Program-made: the position numbers and the translations under genes
The notes under the pieces: model-generated
Databases searched by the model: none
Seen by the model: the letters and a program-made list of their open reading frames with translations, nothing else
Told to the model about the DNA's origin: nothing
Part shown: positions 49,560-58,583 of the stretch, piece after piece
Numbering within the stretch: position 1 is the stretch's first letter
Layout: each line of letters begins with the position of its first letter
Sequence record: OQ845957.1
From: Escherichia phage pEC-M719-6WT.1
Length of the DNA stretch: 64,000 nt
Reading direction: 5' to 3' (one strand)

Positions 49560-49817
49560 ATGGGAATTTTTAGCAATATGAAAGCTGGTTTCTTAGCGGC
49601 ACTGGCAAAAGCAGCAGCAATTGTTTCTATGACAGGTAAGCAAGTTGGTGTAGATGCTTCAGCAGTTGCACAGGTTCTTGCAAGCCAGATTGAAAACCAA
49701 CCTTACATTCACGTTGGACGTGGTAAAGGTGGTAAGAAGCAAGCTCACCGTCAGTCTGGTGCAGCAGCAATTAAACGTGCAGCTAAGAAAGCACGTAACC
49801 GTAAACGTAACAAGTAA
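49560..49817 (+). CDS. Small basic protein
   Basis: 85 aa; Lys/Arg-rich C-terminus. Confidence 0.45.
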   Translation: MGIFSNMKAGFLAALAKAAAIVSMTGKQVGVDASAVAQVLASQIENQPYIHVGRGKGGKKQAHRQSGAAAIKRAAKKARNRKRNK

Positions 49818-49828
49818 GGAAAATTGTC

Positions 49829-50140
49829 ATGAGCAAGATTTATAACACTCGTAAAATTCAGATTTTAGCACTGTGCCAGTTTATGTATGACAAACACAAT
49901 GCACACTATTGTGGTACAGGCTTTCAATCTTTTAGTGGTGAGTACACACCATTTAAAAAGGCTGTTGAGATGTACAACACTCAGGATGAATCTGATAAAG
50001 AACTGCATCAACTGAAGCTGACTTATGACAAAAAGCACAAGAAGATTGTATGCACAAACAACCTTGTCAAGCCATCTGAATCACTCAAGATGGATGTAAC
50101 CCAAGAAGGGTTTGTAAGAGTCTTGAAAAAGCTTCAGTAA
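49829..50140 (+). CDS. Hypothetical protein
   Basis: 103 aa ORF. Confidence 0.45.
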   Translation: MSKIYNTRKIQILALCQFMYDKHNAHYCGTGFQSFSGEYTPFKKAVEMYNTQDESDKELHQLKLTYDKKHKKIVCTNNLVKPSESLKMDVTQEGFVRVLKKLQ

Positions 50141-50152
50141 TTCGTTATGATT

Positions 50153-50180
50153 AGGGAACTGTAAAAGGTTCCCTTTTTAT
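50153..50180 (+). terminator. Rho-independent terminator
   Basis: GGGAAC-TGTAAAA-GGTTCCC followed by TTTTTATTTT. Confidence 0.7.
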
Positions 50181-50192
50181 TTTGGACAGAAA

Positions 50193-50708
50193 ATGTACTT
50201 ATCTAACTTGAAACGTGCTGCTGCAATGTCTGTTCTAAGACTTGACTTTGATGAACGTCAAGAGTTCATTGATTCCCATCAGTACGACCCTTCTAATTCT
50301 AATCACATGGTTCTTTGGAATCGTGGGAAGTTTCGTGACAGTTCCCTCTTTGCATACTACCCTCATTATACAATTGACAATCTTTATGAGTACTGTGTTG
50401 TCAAGAACACTATTGCAACTCTTAACAAGCTTTGTCATTATTCTGGCAAGCAAGCCTTTACATTAGGCCACCACAAACCCGTCACAAAGGGTGGTGAACA
50501 TCATTGCTCTAACTGGTTTATCCAGACTCAGCTTGATAACCAGAAGCAGGGAGAAACTATTCTGGACACTCCTAAGATGACTTATGAAGAACAAAAGGCT
50601 TATCTTAAAAATAATATGCCACCAATGCTTGACAAAGAATATGCAACTCTGGCAATATCTCTCTTGTTGAAGTTCGAGACAGTTTATAGGGCAACTTATC
50701 ATGGCTAA
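50193..50708 (+). CDS. HNH endonuclease (possible homing endonuclease)
   Basis: 171 aa; His-Me finger-like segment CHYSGKQAFTLGHHKPVTKGGEHHCSNWFIQTQLDN. Confidence 0.55.
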   Translation: MYLSNLKRAAAMSVLRLDFDERQEFIDSHQYDPSNSNHMVLWNRGKFRDSSLFAYYPHYTIDNLYEYCVVKNTIATLNKLCHYSGKQAFTLGHHKPVTKGGEHHCSNWFIQTQLDNQKQGETILDTPKMTYEEQKAYLKNNMPPMLDKEYATLAISLLLKFETVYRATYHG

Positions 50709-50988
50709 AGAGAAATGGGAAATCTTACAATTAATTAGTGATGCTGGCAATGGTTGTGAGATGTATATGATTCGTGGTCATGTACCAGACTCATTAGCTC
50801 TTGAGATGCTTGACCATCACACAAACGGATTCTACAAAGAACTATGTGAACTTGGTGAACCACGTATCCAACGCACTTGGACAAAACCAGTACCAGATGG
50901 CACAGGCAACTGTTCAGTCATCTATCACATTGTGAATCCACAAAAATGTAAAACAGCTATGGCTGTGACCTTTGTAACTTTTGATTGA
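50701..50988 (+). CDS. Hypothetical protein
   Basis: 95 aa ORF. Confidence 0.45.
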   Translation: MAKEKWEILQLISDAGNGCEMYMIRGHVPDSLALEMLDHHTNGFYKELCELGEPRIQRTWTKPVPDGTGNCSVIYHIVNPQKCKTAMAVTFVTFD

Positions 50989-51000
50989 GAGAGATTAAAG

Positions 51001-51882
51001 ATGAAAACTATTATTAGCGTACTGTTGCAATCACAGAAAAAAGGTGCTTACCAAGAAGAGTTCAACATTATCCAGTTCCCGTCTGGAGAAATTGGTGGTA
51101 ACTTCCCTGAAGACCTTGTAACCTATGCTGAAGAGAACGCTTCCCAGATTGAGAACGTAATCTTCACTGTACGGGGTTACGACAAAGACACTCTGTTTGC
51201 TTTAGCTCTGGCAAAAGAGGCAATCGACAAAATGATTCCTCAGAAAGCAACTATGAAGACTGTCATCTTTGCTTATCTTCCAAATGCTCGATATGACCGT
51301 CACATGTTTAAAGGTGATGCAGCAGCACTGAAAGTGTTTGCTAATCTGGTTAATGCAATGGATTTTGATGCAGTATGTGCTCTGGATGCTCACAGTGACG
51401 TTGCAGACAACCTGTTCAAATGCTTCCAGAACATCCATCAAAAAGATGTTGCAGCACACTATGCCAGTGAGCCTACCATTGATTTCTTGGTAGCACCAGA
51501 TGCAGGGGCAGCTAAGAAGATTGCAGAGACCGCTAAAGAGGTTGATAAGCCTTATGTAACAATGGCTAAGGTTCGAGACCTGAAGACTGGTGAGATTACG
51601 GGTATGCGTCTCCTTGATGATGTAGACCTGACTGGTAAAACTGTGCTAATCATTGATGATATCTGTGATGGTGGTCGTACATTCATCGAAGCAGCTAAGT
51701 ATCTACGTGAAGCTGGAGCAGCTAAAGTTGAATTGTATGTAACACATGGTATTTTCTCAAAAGGTGTTGAAAACCTGCTTGACAATGGGATTTCACACAT
51801 CTACACTACAGACTCTTTAGGTAGTGCAAAAGACCGTGGCATTACTCATTTCGGTCAAGTAACTGTAGCAAACATTGAATAA
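51001..51882 (+). CDS. Ribose-phosphate pyrophosphokinase (PRPP synthetase) family protein; candidate ADPR-pyrophosphate synthetase of a NAD+ reconstitution pathway
   Basis: Prs-like motifs FPSGEIGG, AYLPNARYDR, ALDAHS, VAPDAGAAKK, VLIIDDICDGGRTF. Confidence 0.8.
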   Translation: MKTIISVLLQSQKKGAYQEEFNIIQFPSGEIGGNFPEDLVTYAEENASQIENVIFTVRGYDKDTLFALALAKEAIDKMIPQKATMKTVIFAYLPNARYDRHMFKGDAAALKVFANLVNAMDFDAVCALDAHSDVADNLFKCFQNIHQKDVAAHYASEPTIDFLVAPDAGAAKKIAETAKEVDKPYVTMAKVRDLKTGEITGMRLLDDVDLTGKTVLIIDDICDGGRTFIEAAKYLREAGAAKVELYVTHGIFSKGVENLLDNGISHIYTTDSLGSAKDRGITHFGQVTVANIE

Positions 51883-51929
51883 AAACTTTAAAGGGGCTGC
51901 ATAGCCCCCACTTTGAGAGAGACAAGAAG

Positions 51930-53756
51930 ATGACTAAATCAATCTACGCAGTTCCAGCAGGTCTTAATGCAGATGCCTACAAAGCAGGTCACGTCTACCA
52001 GTATCCAAGTGCTACACAGTATTTGATGCTGAACCTTACACCTCGTGGTGATAAGTGGTTTAACAGCCCCTTAGAAGTTGACGGTGTAGTTGCTTTCGGT
52101 ATTCAACGTTTCGTTAAAGATTACTTAGTAGACCATTGGAACGAAACTTTCTTCGAACGTGATAAGAAAGAGGCTGTTGATGAAATCTTGGAAATCATGA
52201 ATGGTGTTCTTGGTGCAGATGCTATCAAGCGTCATCATTGGGAAGAACTTCACGACTTGGGTTATCTGCCAGTTGCAGTGTACTCTGTTGAAGAAGGTAC
52301 AATCGTTCCTATGCGTGTTCCAATGATTATCTTCAAAAATACCGTTGAAGGTTTCCATTGGGTAGCTGGTTATCTGGAAGATGCTTTCTCTGCTGAAATC
52401 TGGAAAGCTTGTACCATTGCCACTATTGCACTGCATTACAAACGTATCTGTAAGTCTTGGGCTGAGAAGACCTGTGACAATGACTTCCATCTTCCTTGGC
52501 AGTGTCATGACTTTGCAATGCGTGGTATGTCTGGCTTCACAGATGATGCTTTCAATGCTGTAGGTCACCTGACCAGCTTTAAAGGCACTGATAGCTTCCC
52601 TGCTGTGTATACTGCTAAACGTGCATATGGTCAGTTCATGACTGTAAGTGATATTGGTAACTCTGTTCCAGCAACTGAACATTCCGTTATGTGTGCAAAC
52701 ATTTCATGGAATATGAAAGACCTGACAGAAGATAACATTCACTCACAGTACATCATGCAGTCTGATAGCTTGCTGGATGCTAAACGCTGGCGTGGAGAGG
52801 TTCAAACCTTTAAGCACCTGCTGGTAGATGTTTACCCAACTGGTATTGCAAGTGTTGTGTCCGATACTTACAACTTCTGGCGTACAGTTACAGAGATTCT
52901 TTCAGAACTCCGTGAAGTAATCTTGAATCGTGATGGTAAGCTGGTAATCCGTCCAGATTCTGGTGACCCTGTACACATTGTTACTGGTTATCGTGCAATT
53001 GAATGGGAAAATGCTAAGAGCATGTATTACAAACACATGGCAACCATTTCTCCTGACAATACTTATCTGCTTGATGCAATCTTGAATTGTAACATGACAG
53101 ATATGGGTTACGGTTTCTCTGCTTGGCTAATCTCTGAAGGTTATGAGTTAGTTGTTGATGCAGAAGACTTTAACGTTGCCGATACAGTTAACCTGAAAGA
53201 GACTTACAAGACTGGTAAAGTTGTTGTTAAACGTATGCTGACAGCAGAAATTGATGGTGCTATCAAGACTCTGTACAACATCTTTGGAGGCACTGTAAAC
53301 TCTAAAGGTTACAAAGTTCTTGATGAACACATTGGCTTAATCTACGGTGATTCTATCACTCTGGAACGTGCTGAAGAGATTCTTAGCCGTCTTGCTGAAA
53401 AGGGCTTTGCAAGTTCTAACGTTGTCTTTGGTGTTGGTTCATACACTTACCAGTACCTGACTCGTGATACCTTTGCATTCGCTGTTAAAGCAACTCTTGC
53501 ACAGATGGATGGTGAAGAAATCATGCTGGCAAAAGACCCTAAAACTGACAGTGGTCTGAAGAAGTCTGCTTTTGGTGGTGTAGTCCCTATGTGGGATGGT
53601 GATAAGCTGGAAGCTGTAGATGGTTTTGGTTTTGCAGAGTTTGAAAGTGTACTGGATAACCCTCAGTGTGCTCTGAAGCTGGTATTCTGTGACTCTCAGC
53701 CATATGGCTACGTTAACCTTTGTGATGTACGAAATGTTATTGACAGAGAGCTTTAA
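51930..53756 (+). CDS. Nicotinamide phosphoribosyltransferase (NAMPT/NadV) family protein
   Basis: 608 aa; N-terminal DAYKAGHVYQYP resembling NAMPT DSYKVTHYKQYP signature; adjacent to Prs-like gene. Confidence 0.8.
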   Translation: MTKSIYAVPAGLNADAYKAGHVYQYPSATQYLMLNLTPRGDKWFNSPLEVDGVVAFGIQRFVKDYLVDHWNETFFERDKKEAVDEILEIMNGVLGADAIKRHHWEELHDLGYLPVAVYSVEEGTIVPMRVPMIIFKNTVEGFHWVAGYLEDAFSAEIWKACTIATIALHYKRICKSWAEKTCDNDFHLPWQCHDFAMRGMSGFTDDAFNAVGHLTSFKGTDSFPAVYTAKRAYGQFMTVSDIGNSVPATEHSVMCANISWNMKDLTEDNIHSQYIMQSDSLLDAKRWRGEVQTFKHLLVDVYPTGIASVVSDTYNFWRTVTEILSELREVILNRDGKLVIRPDSGDPVHIVTGYRAIEWENAKSMYYKHMATISPDNTYLLDAILNCNMTDMGYGFSAWLISEGYELVVDAEDFNVADTVNLKETYKTGKVVVKRMLTAEIDGAIKTLYNIFGGTVNSKGYKVLDEHIGLIYGDSITLERAEEILSRLAEKGFASSNVVFGVGSYTYQYLTRDTFAFAVKATLAQMDGEEIMLAKDPKTDSGLKKSAFGGVVPMWDGDKLEAVDGFGFAEFESVLDNPQCALKLVFCDSQPYGYVNLCDVRNVIDREL

Positions 53757-53770
53757 ATAAGTATTATAAG

Positions 53771-53793
53771 AGGCTCCTACTGGAGCCTTTTTA
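53771..53793 (+). terminator. Rho-independent terminator
   Basis: GGCTCC-TACT-GGAGCC-TTTTT. Confidence 0.7.
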
Positions 53794-53809
53794 ATTTCTG
53801 GAGAATGTT

Positions 53810-54145
53810 ATGAAAATTAAGCAGATGAATGTCAATCTTGTCTTGGAAGAGAATTGGGATGACATTAAGCGTCCAGAGGATGGTCACAAGTTCATTAACA
53901 GCCTGATAGTAGCAGCCAGAGATGAGCTACAAAGTGATATCCTTACCACAGTCACACTGAAAGTGTTTATTAAAGGTTTACCACAAAATCACCAATTAGC
54001 ACTTGACCAATTCTTAGACGGGTTCTATAATCCGAACAAGAAAATACTTGAAGACAGTTTTGCAGTTTCTTCAAGCATTGTCCATGACAGAAGCTTCACA
54101 CTTTATAAAACTGTTGGAGAAAAGTTATGCAAGGTTATTGGTTAG
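53810..54145 (+). CDS. Hypothetical protein
   Basis: 111 aa ORF with GGAG RBS. Confidence 0.5.
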   Translation: MKIKQMNVNLVLEENWDDIKRPEDGHKFINSLIVAARDELQSDILTTVTLKVFIKGLPQNHQLALDQFLDGFYNPNKKILEDSFAVSSSIVHDRSFTLYKTVGEKLCKVIG

Positions 54146-54306
54146 AAGTTGCTCTTTCACTAGGTTGCATTGTTGCTATTGCAGTGGTACTTTGTAAGTA
54201 CTTTGCAGAGACCGAACCTTGTGAAGAGTGTGAAGGAACTGGTGTAGTAGGTATGGGGCATTGTTGCCCTCACTGTAATGGTTCGGGAAAGAAATTTAAA
54301 AAATAA
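54127..54306 (+). CDS. Small membrane-anchored zinc-finger protein (CxxCxGxG x2), not in ORF track
   Basis: 59 aa: hydrophobic helix then CEECEGTG...CPHCNGSG DnaJ-like cysteine repeats. Confidence 0.4.
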   Translation: MQGYWLEVALSLGCIVAIAVVLCKYFAETEPCEECEGTGVVGMGHCCPHCNGSGKKFKK

Positions 54307-54370
54307 TTTGACAGGGCTATACAGTTTTCTGCATAGCCTCTTAACCAAAACAACATAGAGGAATATAGTT

Positions 54371-56746
54371 ATGCGCATGGTAAATGACCACGCAGAAGTA
54401 ATTAAGAGTTCAACCACGTTAGAGACTGCTCAAGCATCGATTACCATGACTCCTGAGATGTTTAGTCTTCTGAGTTCTGGTGTATACACACATAAGGAAC
54501 GTGCTGTAATTCGTGAGCTTTCCTGTAATGCTGTAGATGCTCATGTAGAAGCTGGAAATCCAGATAAACCATTCAGGGTTCACTTACCAACTCGTTTTGA
54601 ACCTTACTTTGAAGTACGAGATTTTGGGACTGGTTTAACACACGATAAAGTAATGTCTCTGTATCTCAACTACGGAGAATCAACAAAGAATGATTCTAAT
54701 GATTACATTGGTGCAATGGGTATTGGTTCAAAGTCACCCTTTGCAATTGCTCAATCATTCACTGTGTCAAGCTATGTAGATGGTGTTGTAAACAAGTATT
54801 CTGTATATCTGGAAAACGGTATTCCGAGGGTTACTAAACTGACAACTAACCCTACTGTTGAACCAAACGGATTAGCTGTACGTGTAGCAGTTTCTGACCA
54901 ACGTATCAGCAAGTTTGCAGATGAAGCAAGTAACGTATTCTCTTACTTCAAAGTAAAACCGGAATGTAACATTAAGTATCGTGATATCCTTGCAGAGATG
55001 ACTTCAATCTCTCGTGAAGCAAATGTCTACGATGCTATGAAGTACAAAGAGAACTGGCGTTCAAGCAACAACGTAGTTAACTTTAACGTGGTCATGGGTA
55101 ATATTGCATACCCTGTTGATGTACCAACTTTGTTTGAAGGTAACTATGCAGATGCTGTTCCACAGTTCTTCAGGAATGCAGTAGACCTTGTTAACATCTA
55201 TATGCCAATTGGTTCAGTAGCTATTGCTGCATCTCGTGAAGCACTACAGATGAATGAGGCAACTAAACAGAAGATTATTGATGCTGTTAACCGTATCACA
55301 GAGACTATTGTTGCAGACGTTATTAAGGCTGTTGCTGATAAGCCAACTTTGCTGGATGCTGCACAAGCTTATAGTGACATGTTTAAAGATTCTCGTGAAA
55401 TCTTCATGCACGTTCAAAACAAGCTTGAGTGGAATGGTCAGAACTTAGCAGAACTTGACAGAAAACTTAACAGTATTCGTCGTGGTCAGTTAACTGAAGC
55501 AGATGGTTCACCGTCATTTATGAAGAATGATGCAGGTGATTTCATGCTTGATAAAGATGGTAATAAGATTCCTAACATTGGGAACCTATATGAACCAGTA
55601 GCTTATTATAAGTTTAGCAGTCTTGAGAACCGTATACGTGCAACTTCAGCAACTTATACACAAGACTCTTCAATGTTCAATATCTTCAGTGGTATGAGCA
55701 AAGATAAACTGTATAACTACATGTTTATGATTAATGACCGTCGAAACAAAAACGGTACTGAGAAGACAACTGGTAAGAATCAGATTATCCGTGGAGCTTG
55801 CCGTGACCGTGAACTTGAAGAACCTAAGTTCCGTCGCTACAATGGTATAGTTTTCATGTTTAGTTCTGAAGAACAATTGGATGACTTTATCAAGCTTCAT
55901 ATGCTGGATAAGAGCTTGCTTAATATTGTCACAATGTCTTCTAAAGAGCACCACTATGTTAAGCGTACCGTTGTACGTGGTGTTGTTAAGCTGTATAAAG
56001 CATTCATGGATAGTACACCACGGATTGCCTATACAGAAGTGAAAGAGAACTTTGATGATATTGAAGAACCTCAATATTACATCAAGGCACAAAGTGATAC
56101 TGTTGTGGGTGATATCTTCAGTTGTTCCCCAGAGACAGCAGCAAAACTGACTGCTCAACTTATTGGACAACCTGTGTATGTCTTCCGTAAGGCTAACTGG
56201 AAGAAAGTACCTGAAGATTGGATTGAAATCAGTGACCAAGTTTTCAAAGATTTTATTGACAGCAGTTATTGGGTTGATTATAATCGCTACCTCACTCACC
56301 AGTACATGAGTGGAAGTAAAGGTACTAGCATTCTTGACTGTAATGTTATCTCAAGAAACTTCACATTTAAGGATAAGAAGATTTCTAAAGGTTACGTGTA
56401 CAGCAAAGACTTTGAGAAGGTAATGTTCCTTGAAGGGAATGAAGAAGCAATTGAGGATGTATTCGGTCGAATCGCCTACACTGCTGCACCTATTGCTTAC
56501 ATGTTTGAGACAAGTGTTTTAAATGACATTCGTCGTCACACAAAGAGTGGAAGCAAAATTAACAAGAGTCTAAAGAAAGCTAAGAACCATATGGAGAAGA
56601 AACTTGAAGTTTATTTCTCTAAAAGAAAGTCAAAAAACTTCTTGCTTTCACATCTTGATTGGGGTAAAGTAAGCCCTGTTGAAGTGAGTAACTTCTTAGG
56701 TCACCAAGTCCGGTCAATCCCTTCAGATACAACTGCTTGGGACTAA
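54371..56746 (+). CDS. rIIA: rIIA-like protein (GHKL-type ATPase N-terminal domain)
   Basis: 791 aa; N-terminal HATPase-like motifs (ELSCNAVDA, DFGTGL, GAMGIGSKS); size and pairing with downstream rIIB-like gene. Confidence 0.65.
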   Translation: MRMVNDHAEVIKSSTTLETAQASITMTPEMFSLLSSGVYTHKERAVIRELSCNAVDAHVEAGNPDKPFRVHLPTRFEPYFEVRDFGTGLTHDKVMSLYLNYGESTKNDSNDYIGAMGIGSKSPFAIAQSFTVSSYVDGVVNKYSVYLENGIPRVTKLTTNPTVEPNGLAVRVAVSDQRISKFADEASNVFSYFKVKPECNIKYRDILAEMTSISREANVYDAMKYKENWRSSNNVVNFNVVMGNIAYPVDVPTLFEGNYADAVPQFFRNAVDLVNIYMPIGSVAIAASREALQMNEATKQKIIDAVNRITETIVADVIKAVADKPTLLDAAQAYSDMFKDSREIFMHVQNKLEWNGQNLAELDRKLNSIRRGQLTEADGSPSFMKNDAGDFMLDKDGNKIPNIGNLYEPVAYYKFSSLENRIRATSATYTQDSSMFNIFSGMSKDKLYNYMFMINDRRNKNGTEKTTGKNQIIRGACRDRELEEPKFRRYNGIVFMFSSEEQLDDFIKLHMLDKSLLNIVTMSSKEHHYVKRTVVRGVVKLYKAFMDSTPRIAYTEVKENFDDIEEPQYYIKAQSDTVVGDIFSCSPETAAKLTAQLIGQPVYVFRKANWKKVPEDWIEISDQVFKDFIDSSYWVDYNRYLTHQYMSGSKGTSILDCNVISRNFTFKDKKISKGYVYSKDFEKVMFLEGNEEAIEDVFGRIAYTAAPIAYMFETSVLNDIRRHTKSGSKINKSLKKAKNHMEKKLEVYFSKRKSKNFLLSHLDWGKVSPVEVSNFLGHQVRSIPSDTTAWD

Positions 56747-56758
56747 ACAAAAGCTTGA

Positions 56759-56778
56759 CGGGGGCTGAAAAGCCCCTT
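56759..56778 (+). terminator. Stem-loop after rIIA (weak T-tract)
   Basis: GGGGGCT-GAAA-AGCCCC. Confidence 0.4.
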
Positions 56779-56824
56779 AGGATACGAAACACAAACTTTT
56801 AAACAATAAAGAGAGAGATTTAAA

Positions 56825-57934
56825 ATGACTACTAAGACTAAAGCACAAATTGATGCAGAAATCTATGCACTGGTTCAGGAAGGTAAACTGACCAAAACCG
56901 CCATTGCAATGAAGTATAACACTTCTACTCGTTCCGTTGGTCGTGCTGTAGAACGTCACGAAGCAACACTGAAAGGTGCTAAGAAAGCAACTTCCAAGCC
57001 AGCTAAACAGACTCTGAAACAGATTGCAAAGTCTGCTAAGAAGACGGCTACTAAGCCAGTTGCCAAGGCTGTTAAAGAGGCAGTGAAGAAAGAGCCTGTT
57101 AACCAACTGCACGAAGCAATGCAGAATGGTAACCAGATTGAGTACATGATTACTGGTGATTCTGTTATCATGACTTTCGGTGCAGATTCTGAAATCGTAG
57201 AGTCTACCCATCCGAACTACAAAGAAATCGTGATGGCTGTTGTAGGTGGTGAGTACAAGAAAGCTTTCGAACTGATGAACATTCGTAAGTCTATCGAGAA
57301 CTTCACTCAGGGTGCAATCACTATCAAAGGTGATAACCTGTACTACGGTGCTGTTCAAATGCGCTCCACTCTGGTAGACCGTATTCTGGACATGATGAAA
57401 GTTGGTGATGATGGCTTTAAACGTCTGGTAGCATTCTTCGAAAAACTGATGGAAAACCCATCCAAAGATTCTGTAGAACAACTTTGGGGTTTTGTGTCTC
57501 ACCTCGATGTTGAGATTGATGAAGAAGGTTATATCATCGGTTGGAAGAAAGTTACAACTCGTGGTGGTAAGCTGTTTGACTCCCGTACCTGCAAAGTTCC
57601 TAATGATTTGGGTAACGTTGTAGAGATGCCACGCTGGATGGTTGATAATGACCGTACAGTAACTTGCTCTCAAGGTCTGCACGTTGGTGCTTGGGGTTAT
57701 GTACGTAGCTTCTCTGGTGATACTATCCTGAAAGTTCGTGTACATCCACGAGACGTTGTATCTGTACCAACTGACTATAAAGATATGAAAATGCGAGCTT
57801 CCCGTTATGAAGTTGCAGCAATCGTGAATGGTCAGCGTCAGGTTGTCAAAGAGTGGGATGGCAAATCTGAAGCACTGCATATTGTTGTAGGTACTGCTGG
57901 TGAACTGATTTCTCAGCGTAAACGTGAAATCTGA
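56825..57934 (+). CDS. rIIB: rIIB-like protein
   Basis: 369 aa directly downstream of rIIA-like gene; strongly biased codon usage. Confidence 0.5.
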   Translation: MTTKTKAQIDAEIYALVQEGKLTKTAIAMKYNTSTRSVGRAVERHEATLKGAKKATSKPAKQTLKQIAKSAKKTATKPVAKAVKEAVKKEPVNQLHEAMQNGNQIEYMITGDSVIMTFGADSEIVESTHPNYKEIVMAVVGGEYKKAFELMNIRKSIENFTQGAITIKGDNLYYGAVQMRSTLVDRILDMMKVGDDGFKRLVAFFEKLMENPSKDSVEQLWGFVSHLDVEIDEEGYIIGWKKVTTRGGKLFDSRTCKVPNDLGNVVEMPRWMVDNDRTVTCSQGLHVGAWGYVRSFSGDTILKVRVHPRDVVSVPTDYKDMKMRASRYEVAAIVNGQRQVVKEWDGKSEALHIVVGTAGELISQRKREI

Positions 57935-57949
57935 TAAGTAAATTCTTAA

Positions 57950-57973
57950 AGGGCTGCTTCGGCAGCCTTTTTT
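57950..57973 (+). terminator. Rho-independent terminator
   Basis: GGGCTGC-TTCG-GCAGCC-TTTTTT. Confidence 0.75.
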
Positions 57974-58034
57974 ATTTGTGTTTTGTGCAGAGTAGTGTAT
58001 AATTACCCCTATGTTTAATAAAATAGGAGAACCA

Positions 58035-58583
58035 ATGAAGAAATTCATTTTAGGTTTGTGCTTACTTTTTACAGCACAAGTAGCTGTGGCAACTGACTGC
58101 CCTGAGTTAACTATCGGCCAGAAAGTAAACATGCTTAAAGCTTACAACTATGGCGAAAACAAAATGGGAAAAGGTTGGGGCATTACACTTGCAGCTATAG
58201 CCTTACAAGAGTCAGAGTTAGGTCTTAACCTAGAAAATAGAAAGACACATGATTATGGCATCTTCCAGAATCACTTGAAGACTGTTGTAAAGCGTAACAA
58301 AGTTAACCCTAATGTAGCTAGGAAGAAGCTTATCAGAGACTTTCAATATGCTGCACAGGAGACTCACAAAGAACTTGAATTCTGGACTAAGGTACATGGT
58401 ACACCAAAAGGGAAGAAGTCTCTTAAAAAGGTGTTAGCCTCTTACAATGCAGGATATAGCTACAGCATCCCAAAAGCTAGACAGTACTCTAAAGATGTGT
58501 ATAATAATATGAAAGTGCTTGCTCAATGTGAGTTTGCAACAAACATTCAAAAGGTAAAACATGAGCGTATTAAGTCAATCTGA
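58035..58583 (+). CDS. Lytic transglycosylase (SLT domain) with N-terminal signal peptide
   Basis: Signal peptide MKKFILGLCLLFTAQVAVA; SLT motifs AIALQES and DYGIFQ; AGGAGA RBS; TATAAT-like -10 upstream. Confidence 0.55.
   Translation: MKKFILGLCLLFTAQVAVATDCPELTIGQKVNMLKAYNYGENKMGKGWGITLAAIALQESELGLNLENRKTHDYGIFQNHLKTVVKRNKVNPNVARKKLIRDFQYAAQETHKELEFWTKVHGTPKGKKSLKKVLASYNAGYSYSIPKARQYSKDVYNNMKVLAQCEFATNIQKVKHERIKSI

Noticed and set aside
52125-52682. 185 aa minus-strand ORF inside the NAMPT-like gene
   Set aside because: Antisense to a gene with a recognisable NAMPT signature. The same applies to antisense ORFs at 39920-40378, 45035-45529, 55670-56299 and 60881-61414.
56777-58132. 451 aa minus-strand ORF antisense to rIIB
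   Set aside because: Composition is Phe/Cys/Ser/Asn-rich and low-complexity, with no RBS or motifs. The plus-strand rIIB frame has strongly biased, coherent codon usage. Read as a shadow ORF.
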